The notes below the pieces were generated by a model. The model was not told where the DNA came from, did not search any database, and worked only from the letters and a program-made list of their open reading frames with translations. Shown here one piece after another: positions 18,027 to 30,000 of a stretch of 64,000 bases of DNA. Positions within the stretch are counted from its first letter, which is position 1; every line of letters begins with the position of its first letter. The position numbers and the translations under genes were made by a program. Source of the DNA: a virus; IMG/VR virus record IMGVR_UViG_3300027881_000010, positions 1-64,000 of that record, one strand, 5' to 3'.

Positions 18027-21000
18027 ATGGCCTGGACCTACGGCGCACAATTCCCTGTTCGCGATGAAGAGGAAGAGGACGAGAACGGCCTGAGGTACGG
18101 CGAGCAGGTGCCGGTCGTGTTCGGAGATTATTCGAAGGCCACCTATGGTGAGCAGTTCGATGTGCATAACCTAGATCCGATCACGCCACCGCTTGAGCGA
18201 TCGATGATGGTCCAGCGTCCGGACCCTGAGCAGATCGAATTACTACAGCAAAAGTACGGCAAGCCAGCGGTTGGTGAGATCGAAGAAATTACCGCCAGAC
18301 CGCAGTTCAGATCGCGTCTCGGCACACCATCAGAGCAGCAGTTACTGGAGCAAAAGTATCCCGGCGTCAGGGACAAGATGAAAGCGCTCGAAGATGCTGC
18401 CTGGGAAGGCCGTGAGGAAACTGGCTGGGGCGAACTCTTCACGAAATCGCTCAACAAGATATTGCCGTCCTTCCGAAAGCAGATTGTCGGTGGCTTGCGT
18501 GGCGGCAATCCAGTCACGGTGTCTGACCTCGAGCGCAATGCCATGGCCGAGCAGATGATCACCGGCACCGGCCGCATGACCGATTCAATCGAGAACAACC
18601 GGATCGCCAAAGAGTGGGGATTCGAGGAGGGGTCCGACACAGTTCCGCCTGGAGTTCACCCGGTGGATGCGTTTGCAGAATGGCTGGGGTCCGATGAGGG
18701 ACGCGGCGAGGTGGAGGCCGAGGCAGCCAAGACGCCGGTAGCTATGGTCGCTCAGGACATCTGGGACGCCGAGGCCGGCAAGATCAGAGAGAACGAGGTC
18801 CAGGTCAAACCACAAAGCGCCAAGTACTATGCGGCCGGCATCCTGGATGCTGGCATCAACATGGGTCCGGCGATGGCGGCCACGATCGTCACCAAGAATC
18901 CGATGGTCGGCGCTGCCATCATGGGCGGTCAGGTCTATGGCGATACCTATGGCAGCATGCTTGACGAGGGATATTCACCTGACCAGGCAAGAGCGGCCGC
19001 GATGTTTTCGGCTGCGGCCGAGACGCTCACCGAGCGCATTTCTCTTGGCATCCTGACCAGAAACAACTTCACCGGGTTGAAGCGAATCCTTGCCGGCGCT
19101 TCGGCTGAGGGGATACAGGAGCCGGTTACCGAGGCACTGCAGATCGGTTACGACGTCGGGATTCTCAACGATGACATGACCATGGGCGAGGCGATGTGGC
19201 GCCTGATCGATGCCGGCATCATCGGCTTCGGTGTCGGCGGTGGTATGGGCGCAGGCGTCGAGGTCCTTCAGCAGGCAGAGAATCAAATGACGACGCCGGC
19301 TGCCAAGGAGGCCTTCGACTACGAACAGGAGATGGATGCCCTGCACCTCAGCCTGACCAAGGAGTCACAGGAGGTGCGAGCACTCGAGGTCCTCGAGGAG
19401 AATACCGAGCTACTGGACAAAGTAATCAATGACCAGTTGGCAGATGTTTCGACCGAAGACATTGCAGCGCTTGAAGAGCAGGAACTGATCAGGATCAAAG
19501 ATGACGGTACCGTTGTGGCGTTGCCGAAAGCTCGGCGCCAGGTGGCCAGACAAACCGTCGCAGCCAATCGCAGGCGCAAGAAGGAAGCGCTCCGAGCTCG
19601 TGGCGTCAGTGATGGAGAGCTTGAGCCGACGATTGAAATTCTGGACATGGCACCAGCGTTCCATGCGGCCGAAACTGATACTAACCTTGATCCGACAGAG
19701 AGTCAGAAAGGTCGCGGCAATTATCGCAAGGGACGTTTCACGTGGAACAACATCCCGCTTGCGATCGAGACGCCTGCCGGCGAAACCAGGTCGGGTGTCG
19801 ACGAGCAGGGTCGTCCCTGGTCGCAGGTCATGAGTTCTGGCTATGGTTACTTCCCATCGAAACCCGGTGCCGACACTGTCGAGGGTGAACCGACCGAGGG
19901 CGTCGATGCTTACTTCGGGCCCGACCTGAACACACCGACTGTCTATGTGTTGAACCAAGCGAAGGATCCGGGCGCTGAGGCGGTCGGTGAGAACTTCGAT
20001 GAGCATAAGGTCATGGTCGGCTACCCGTCACTGCAGGCAGCGATCGAAGCGTACCAGGCCGACTATGCGCCGGCCCGCAACCAGCAGGTCGAAGGCGTCG
20101 CCATGCAGCCGCAGCAGTTCAAAGCGTGGCTTGATCTGCCGGAACACATGCGGCCGCTCACGCTGGGCGAGCGCGAAGGTTACGACAAGGCACCGGTATT
20201 CGCGACGGTCGAAGCGACCAGGCCGACGCCCGAGCGCTATCCGGCGCGTGGCAAGAATGTCACCGGAGCGCCGCCGAAGGACCGTGCATTCGAAGATATC
20301 GATCCATTGATCGACAAGACTGTGGCGATCCTCGAGGACTCGGCGATGATTCCGGATGAGGCGTGGACCTGGTACGAGGACTCCGGCCGGAAGATTCGTG
20401 AGATCACCCGCAATGATCCGGAACTGATGCACCGAGTGGTCCAGATTCTGGCCGCTACATCACAGGGTGCCGGCGTCGGTGCCAACACGACGTTCATGAT
20501 CAAGGGCGCGTACGCGATGGCCAAGGGTGAGGTCAGGCCAGAGACCGGGATGTATCCGGCTACCGCCGGCAAGAACATCGAAACGATGAGCGCCCTGGAG
20601 ACGCAGGAGATTGACAACAATCTACCGGGCATCGGCTCCAAGGTGATGAGCTTCTATCGAAACCTGTACGACTCCACGTTCAACACGAACCTCTATCCGG
20701 ACGATGTCACGATCGATCGATGGATGGTCAGGAACCTCGGGTATACCGCTGGTGATTCGGTTGAAGGCACCCAGTACGATTACGCCCGAAAGATTTTCCA
20801 GGATGCCGCTGCACGCTACAACGCAAGGAATGGAACGAACTGGCTGCCCCGCCATGCCCAGGCGGCGCTCTGGGTACACGAGCGATCAAAGGCATCGATG
20901 GCGAAGACCGGCAAGGAAACTCCGGTCGATGCATTCGCTGAGCATATCGAGGCGGTGACCGCGAGAGTCACGCACGAGGCAGTGCCATCGAAGACCACCG

Positions 21001-24000
21001 AGCAAGGTCGCCAGGTCGACGCCTTACCGCGGGAGGAGAAGCAGGAACTTGGACGGCGCCAGCGCGAGGCCTTGGCGGAGAACAATACGCATGTCGTGAT
21101 GGAAGCACTCGGCGTGCCGCTCTACAACGTCGCCACAGCGATCGGCGGCTACGATGGCATGATCAACCCGAACGAGATTTCGAACATCGTCATGGTCGGT
21201 GGCGCTGAGCTTGACCGGCCGAGGGCAGATGTCTTCTCGCAGATCATGCAGTACATCTACACGCAGGATGCCGTGCCCTGGTTCCGGGCAGAGCGGAAGG
21301 CCCAGACCAGTGAGGCGACCGGCAACTTCGGGCGGAAGTACACGCAGGGTATCAACTGGGATCTTCAGGGGCCGCTCAACGAAGACCAGGAGACCGCGCT
21401 CTTCGATGCCCTGCGAAAGGCGCTGGGCCCGGACGCCGGCTTCAGCATGGTGGGCGAGGACCAACTGGTCATAATCGACTTCAAGGATGAGAAGGGCGTC
21501 ACATTTTCCGGACTTAAACCTGCTGAATTCATTGAAAAAATCGACCAAATAGGGGAAAATATCGGAGCCGATCTTGGAGTTGTTAACAGCTACACTTTCG
21601 GCGCTGAGGGTAACTATCTAACACATGACTGGGAGACTGACCCCAATGGCCAAAGACTCGAAGAAGCGATTCAAGAGTACGCCAGCACCCGCGGACCACC
21701 GGATCTTCTCGAACGGGTTCGTGCTTGGCGGGAAAGTGCGCAAGGCATCACCCGCGACTTCCTCAAAGCCGATACCAAGCCGAGGGCGGGGGCAGCCGCA
21801 CCGGTACCCGTGGCTCGACTCGCTGACCGATCCGCGACCGAAGACGCCATCTTCGGACGATTCGGGTCAGTAGATCGCACCAGAGATACGACCGAAGAGC
21901 TTAAGTTCTATGACCTCACCCCGGTCGTAGAGAACCCCGAACTCACTGATCGCCTGGCCGATTCCTTCGGCTACACCATCGAAGTATTTTCCTTCGAGGC
22001 AGACAACTTCAAACTGCCGCGGCTCGGCAAGAAGAACTACGAAGAGGGAACCGTCTGGATCTACGATCCGGCGGCCGCGCACGGTTCATTCAAAGACGAG
22101 ACCTATACCCGCGCCTGGCGGGTCAGCCACGAGATTGCGCACGGCATAACCGAACGCATGATGCAGAACCGGTACGGCGACTCGAAGCGATACGGTCGCC
22201 TCGGCCGGCCAATGATGGGCGAGCGTGGCGTACCGCCGAAGCGCGTGGAGGTCGAGCTCGAGCCGCTGACACTGCTGCAGGCCCAGCGCGCAGTGGAGTG
22301 GGAAGATGTGGCGTTTCGTGTGCAGCGAATTCTGCTCGACAAGATGGGCATCTCGATTCCTGATTCGGTCTTCAACCAGGAATACAACACCAACATTGCC
22401 GACGCCACCTTCCGCACGGTGACCGGAGACTTCGCCGATGCCGGCGAGTTCGGGTTCAGGCCGTCGGTGTTCAAGCCGACCATCAAGTCGATACTCACCG
22501 GGTTGGAGCGTACCGAGCAGGCCTTGGCCGAAGACCAGGGGCGCGAGGCAACCGAGGGCATCGACCTCGCAACCTACAACCAGATCAGCGATGAGCAATT
22601 GCAGGAGTCGATCGATCTCCAGAGCAGGGAGCCAGCTGACAAGCCGCTCTTCTCTGTCGTACCTGGGGTGCCGGCAGATACGAAGTGGTACCGCGGGTCC
22701 GAGCATGAGCAGATCAGGCTGCACAGGGAGACCGGCATCGTGCATGCCTCGACCTCGGAGAAGACGGCGAGCGCCTTCGGCCCGGTCAGCGAGGTCACGC
22801 TGCATGTGCAGAACCCGTTCGACTATGAGAACCCGGACCATACCAGGGCGCTGAAGGCGCAGTTCAGGACCAATGCCCAGTTGATGAAATTCGCGCGGGC
22901 ACTGGATGTGGTGCATGGCGGCGAGCGCACCTGGTTGGGTGGCGAAGGCACCATGGACGATGTGCGCGAGTACTTCAACGTCGGCCTTGAGATGGGCAAC
23001 TACCAGGTGATCGAGTCGCCGGCAGTACTGGAGGCTATCCGGGGGATGGGCCATGACTCTGCGTACATGGTCGAGAACGACTTCGGACCCAAGGGTATAG
23101 CCGTCTTTGATGCCGGCCTGATGACCAGGGACGCGCCGCTCTTCGCCACGATCGAGGACGAGGTCTTCCCTGGATTCTATTCCGGCCTCGCTCGAGCGGC
23201 CCGCAACCTGAAGCAGGAGAAAGGAACTGGCAAGCAGATGCTGGCCATGCTGACCAAGATGCCGGGCGTCAAGGCGGAGGAGCTTGACTGGACCGGTGTG
23301 CCGGAATACCTGAAGGCCAAGAAGACTGTCACCAAGGACCAGTTGATCGCCTTCATCGATGCCAACGGTGTGCGGATCGAAGAAACCACCCTCGGGTACA
23401 AAGGAACGGGGAAGGGACAGATGCCCGAAGATGTCGACTGGCGACGGGTGCAGGACGCCTACGAAGCCGGTGAGATTGGCGATGTCATGAACTTAACGTC
23501 CACATTGACCGAAGAACAAATGGAGGTCATTGACGAGAGGGGTTCCGAGTACGTCACCTGGGAGAGCATGACCGGAGGTCAGAGGAACGAATTTGCCAAA
23601 CACGTTTACAACGTGAACATCGCAGGCCAATCCACACGGCCGGCTGAATATGGTGGCGACAGCGTCACGCTACCCGGCGGCAAGAACTATCGCGAGATTC
23701 TGCTGAGGCTGCCTGAAAAATCCATCGATGCGCCGACCGTCAGCACCGCCAAAGGATGGGTAAGTGATGCAACGCTTCGCAATCTTAACGCGCAGATGGC
23801 AGAGAAATTTAACGCACCTATGGCCATCGAGCAGCGCGATCTCCTGCAGGGTGGCTCTCCGGTAGAGATCATGGAGATGCTTGATGACTGGGAGGCGCGG
23901 CTTGGCCTTGATGTCAGCCAGGCGAAAGCCGAGGTTGCGCCGCCTCCTGTTTCGATGACGGTGCTTCAACTGGAAGAGGGTCCAGCGATCGACGATCTTT

Positions 24001-27000
24001 CAGATGTAATTATCACGCAAATGATCGATACGCCTCTCGCAGATGCTGAATGGGGCTGGGTACGAGAAGAGGCACGATTCGAATTCGAGAATCTCAATGC
24101 CGACCAGTTCGATATTGTCCACCAGTTATCGCGGGATCATGGGGTCCAACTCATAAGTGGCGTGCCGGAAGAGAGAGTGCCTCGCGCCGACAGGGTCAAC
24201 GGGGTGATCGAATTGCCACCAGGCTACACCCAAAGCAGGTGGGAACAAGTAAACAAGAACCTCGATGAGATCGGGCTTACTGATCAGAATGCCACCTGGG
24301 TAGAGGAGGACCGTCGTTTTTATATTGAAGGCGTGTCTCCCACTATGCTGGAGCGAGCCAATTACGCGGTCTCGCATCTCGGTCTTTCAGCCCTGCAAGA
24401 GCCATCAGCAACGCCTCCGGTCAAGCGAGCGCCTGCAGGTCGGCGACCAATAGAAACCTATCACGCTGCGCACTGGGGCAGCTACGCGAACATCCTTGCG
24501 AGCATTCGCATCACCGAGCGTATCGGTGAAGAGGGTGAGCGCATCATGTTCATCGAGGAGATTCAGAGCGACTGGCACCAGCAGGGCAGGACCGTCGGAT
24601 ACCGGGATCGACCCAGAGGCCTCATGCCTGAGAGGGATGACCTCAAGGCGATCAAGAAACCGCTTACCGACACGGCCGACTACTGGGAAATCAGAACGAA
24701 GGTCGGGCAATTTGTTGTCAACGTCACCGCTACGGATGGCGTCCTCCCAGACGAGGATGCTGCCATTGATCAGGGCTATCAGCGGCTGACCCAGGAAGAG
24801 GAGATTCGCCGTCGCATTGCCAGAGAAGAGCAGGAAGCCGTCCCTGATGCACCGTTCAAAGGTAATGCCTGGGCCGAGCTCGCGATCAAGCGGGTCATGC
24901 GCCTCGCTGCCGAAGAAGGATTCGATTCGGTTGCCTGGACGACGGGCGAGCAACAAGCAGAACGATACAGCCTGAGCAGGGTACTCAATTCGATTAAAGT
25001 TTTACCGGCTGCCCTGGAGGGCCGGCCTGATGTACGCATCGTCTGGCTGGATCCGCACATGGGAAGTTCGATACAGCTTCATGTCACAGCCGACGGCATG
25101 ATCGACGGGTCGGACCAGGCTGAATTCGATAAGAAAAAACTTTCGGAGGTTGTCGGTACTCCCATGGCAAAGCGGATCATGGAGACCGAAGAAAGCCTGG
25201 AGATTCCGGCAGAGAATCTTGATGTCGGCGGCCAGGGAATGAAGTCGTTCTATGACAGGACGATTCGCAATCTCGTCAGCAAGGTCACCAAGAAGCTCGA
25301 CAAGGCAGTGCAGACAAGCAGCACCAGGATCGACACAAGCGAAGGTCGCGGCGGCCCCTACACGGTAGGTCGATACCCCGGATCACCTCCGGCCGGAACG
25401 CCTGTGGCCGAGATAGTTCAGGTCCAACAGCGTCAACTGGGAGATCTTGCGGAACATGCCAAGTCGTTCAGTGATGAGGAATACGGTTCGGAGGAGCAGA
25501 TCGAGTCATCGAACAATTTCGTTTATACATTGCAACAGATTTTGCCGGACGAGGCTTGGGAGAACTTTGAAGAGTACGCACATCGGGCTACTACTGATGA
25601 GATGGTCGACTACGGCATGAGCCTTGCTGCTCGGGAAGCGCCGCAGGTCATCGTCACTCACGGAGAGATGGGGACGCTTGCGGCTATGGCCGAAACAGCG
25701 CGGCCTCTTAATCAAGCTGACTTTGGTACGGCCAGACAGCTTAATGCATCCACGAGATTCTTTGATGAACTATATGAATTCATAACCGACGACCAGCAGT
25801 CCGTGATTGATGACATGGCTTCTGATCCTGACCAAACCGCAGACAACATTATCGACGCCGGCCTATCAATGGTCGTCGGGCAGTCACCGGATGTGGAGCC
25901 AGCACCACCGACAACGGTCGTCTCGCAAGAAGATCACAATAGGGTCCGAAGGGCTGGGCAAGAGGCAAGGCCAGCGGAAGATGCTGATGTGGGATCGCCA
26001 GAACAAGAGCGGGCGTACAACGCATTCACGATTTTGCTATCGGAGGTCCTGCCTTCCTATGCCATGGAAACATGGGAGGAGGAGATCGATCGACAACGCA
26101 TGACCATTGTCGAAAAGATTCGCTATGGCGAAGGCTTGGCAGAAGAGGAGTCCTGGTCGATAACAACTCTTGAGATGGCCAGCCTTGAAAGAACAGCGCA
26201 AGAAGCAAGGGCAAGGAACGACGAAGATCGCGGATCAGACAGGCAGCAGATCGCAATGGAAGCATTCTCTGCTGAACTTATCGAGGCGCTGCCCCGGTTG
26301 GCGCAAGAACGATGGAAGGGCGAGGAATCTGAGGGCGTCGACGACGACCTTGATTCAGGCCTCAGAATGGCAAGGCTCTTTGCTGGCAGGCCTGATGCGG
26401 CTCCAGTCCAGCGCAGAGTTGTTGCTGACCAGTGGGGCATTAAAAATAAAGCGGGTGAGTGGACGGGCCCGTACGCCAGTGAAGAAGAGGCGATTGAGGG
26501 AGCGGCCAAACGAGACCTCGAGGATCTTGAGGGTGTCCATTTAGTCGACATCTCTGACCAGATGCGCGATCGCCTGATCACGGATGGCCTGTCACTGTTT
26601 GCCGTGGCCCGGCAGCCTGCTCCTGGTGTGCCGATCGCTAACCTGCAGAGCGTGATCAGCGAGATTCTTGACCTGTATCCGGGGTCACCGAACGTGAAGA
26701 TCGCACCGACCGAAGCGCACATGCCACGCAAGCAATTGATCGAGATCAAGCACGCTGGCATGGAGGGTAAGGTCGGTGGCATGTTCGACCCGGAGACCGG
26801 CGACGTCTACCTGATCGCTGCCAACCTGAAGAACATGAAGCAGGCCGTAGAAATCTACCTGCACGAAACGGTGGGTCACTACGGCGTGCGTTCAATCCTG
26901 GGCGCCGAGTACGACACGATCATGGATCAGGTCTGGAGGTCTCACAAAGAGAAGGTCAGGGCGGCCGCCCGGCGGAATGGTCTGGATGTCAGAGTCCCGT

Positions 27001-30000
27001 CGCAGCGACGCATCGCCGCAGAGGAGTTTATTGCGTACAGGGCGCAGCGTGTGCTCTCTGGTCAGAAGATACCTGCCCGTGATGCATCCTTACTCCAGCG
27101 CCTAGTAGAGGCGATTAGAATCGCAATCGCTCGCCTGAGGGGCGTGCAGATGTCCGACGCCGACATCCAGCGGCTGATCAGAAAGGCGCGGATGTTCGTG
27201 GCCACGCCGGCAAACAAATCACCAGGGCTGCTGCCGGCCCGCAAAGCGCCGATCATGTTCGCCAACCTGTGGAAGGCAATCAACAACGATCGTGTGCCGA
27301 ACTCTGCCAAGAACAACATATACCGCGATGAACTTTACGCTCAAATTCGCGCCGGCAATATCAGCGAGGAGGACGCCGAGCCGCTGATCTCCTATCTATC
27401 CGATGTCAGAGTCATCGACAAGGCTGGGTTGCTGAATGAGATACGCGAACTTGGCAACCGCAATGCGTTCCATGCCGTAGAGGACGATGCGGCACGTGGC
27501 CGGTGGTTTGGCAATTCCAAGGTGGTTGATGAAAAGGGCGAGCCGCTGGTGGTGTATCACGGTACGTTCACCCCGAAAGGCGAGGAGCCGTTCACTGCAT
27601 TTGACAAGGAGGCGCGCGGCAAATCCACACGTACATGGAGTGCGCAGAACGGATTTTGGTTCTCCGCTTCGGAAAAAAACGCAGAGCAGTTTGCGGTAAA
27701 GGCATCTACATTCAAAGGCGAGGGTGAGCGGCGAGTCCTGCCGATCTACCTGTCAATCCAGAATCCGCTCGAGTATACCCGCGAGCAGATGGTGGATAAA
27801 AACATAACGATCAGCGATGCCGTGAGAGAAGCTAAGGCGGCGGGGAATGATGGCGCCATCATGCGCGGCATGTACGACAATACCAATCGGCCGGTCTTGA
27901 GGCTCGATGGTGTGGGCCTTGGCGTCGATCATCGCAGCCAATTTCTTAGCGACACTTTCCCTGCATTCCTGGAGGGTAGGGAGACGGCCAAAAATGCGCT
28001 TGAAGAGATTAAAGAAGCCGCAGCGTTTTATGCGACGGAGGCATCACAAGAAACCGATCCAGAGGAAAAGGCGTACCAAAAAGAAGAAGCGGCAATGTGG
28101 AGGTCGATTGGTGATGCTTTCGCAGATGATCCCAGTCGCCTGACAATCTACCAGGGCGAGCCAGCCGATGTGTTCGTTGCGTTCGAACCCGAGCAGATCA
28201 AGTCTGCCACAGAGAATATCGGCACCTACGATCCTGCGTCGGCGAATATTCTCATGCATGTCGACGAGTACAACGGTCGGGCAGACGCCATCGAGTCCGG
28301 CGACCTGTTCGAAAACTTCACCATTGAGGAGGGGTCGAAGACCAGCCGCGCCTGGAACTACCTGGTCTACAAGGCGCAGGACAAGTTCATCGATCTGCTG
28401 AATGTACAGAAGGCGATCGAGATGCAGACCGGGCGGCCGCTCAGCGAGGAGCTCGACACCTACCTGGCCGAAGAATTATTCCATGGCCGCGTGAAGTCTC
28501 GCGTTGATCGCTTCGAGAAGGACTTCATCCGGCCGCTCACTGAAGCGATCGACGACAGCGAGTACACCTGGGACGAGGTCGAGTGGTTCCTGTACGCCAG
28601 GCATGCGCCTGAGGCCAACCGCCGGCTCTATCGCATCAACCGATCCGGCGCTCTCCGGCGCGCGCGCAACAAGGCTAAGCAGAAAGCCGAGACAAAACTC
28701 GAGAAGCGCATCGCCCGGATAGATGCGAACAAGGCCACGCAGCGAAACAAGATCGAGGCCGAGCATACCAAGCGACTGGCTGTCATCGAGTCCGAGTACC
28801 GGTCACAGATGCGCCGGTCGAAAGAGAGCCAGAAGAAGCGGCGCGAAGGAATCGAGACGGCCAAGGCCAACAAGATCAAGCGCGCCGACGCACGCAAGCA
28901 GCAGCAAATTGCCAAGCTGGAATCGAAATACAAGTATGTCCGTGCCGACTACGAACTCACCTACCAGGCCGAGATCGAAGAGGCTGATGTATCGTTCCGC
29001 GAACGCGAGCAGGAGCGGGTCAAAGAAGACCCTGGCCTGCTGGCTTTGTCCGGCATGAGCAATGCGGATGCGGCCTTGGCGATGGAGGCACTCAGGGAGA
29101 AGGGCGACATCAGCCAGCTTGAAGCGATCGCCGCCCAGGTCGACGCGATGACCGCGCGCAATCGGGAGATCATGGTCGGCGAAGGCCTCGAGGAACAGTC
29201 AACGATCGATGCCTGGGAGAAGGCCTACGACTTTTACGTCCCGCTCAAAGGCTGGAAAGACGGCCCGATGAACACCACGTTCTTCCCGAAGAAGGGCAAG
29301 GGCTATGACACAGGCGGCAAACTGAATCAGCGCCGGCTCGGGCGTCGCTCGCTGGCCGCCAACATCCTGGCCAACATCGTGGCGCAGCATCAGTCGGCGG
29401 TGGTCATGGCCGAGAAAGCGAAGGTCGGTCGCACACTTCTGAAGATGGTGCAGGAAAATCCGAACGAGGACATCTGGACGGCCAACCAGATCGAGACCAA
29501 GAAGCGACTGGACCCGAAGAGCGGCCTGGTGGTTACCGCCGTGGACCCGACCTACAAGCTCAGGGATAACGTGCTCCGGGTGAAGGTCGAGGGCAAGGAC
29601 TACCACATCACCTTCAACGAGGAGAATCCGACCGCGATGCGAATCGCTACCTCGATGAAGAATCTCAGTTCCGAGGAAATCAACTGGCTCTTCCAAAGCC
29701 TGTTGAAGCTGAACCGAATCCTGTCCGCGGTTAATACGAGCTACAACCCGGAGTTCATTGTGTCGAACCTGGCGCGTGACCTGCAGACCGCAATGATCAA
29801 CATCAACGCCACTGACGCCCAGAACATGAAGATGGCGATTCTCAAGGATGTGTTCAAAGCGCACCGCGGCATACGCCGGTTCCTCGAGTTGCCGAGCTTC
29901 AAGAATCCAGAGTCCGCTGACTATTGGCGCGGGCAGTTTGAGGAGTACCGAGATCTCGGTGGCCAGGTTGGATGGCTCGACAACTATAAGGATGTTCAGG

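Noticed and set aside
22086-23054. 322-aa ORF on the minus strand inside the giant gene. Similar long antisense ORFs lie at 9363..10241, 16806..17591, 19410..20006, 24405..24956, 26123..26782, 29199..29864, 54157..54969, 57126..57917 and 61258..62100.
   Set aside because: They are antisense to strongly motif-bearing, GC3-rich genes. Their products are Arg/Leu/His/Pro-rich with no motifs or plausible SD-start context. This is the usual stop-codon depletion opposite GC-rich coding sequence.
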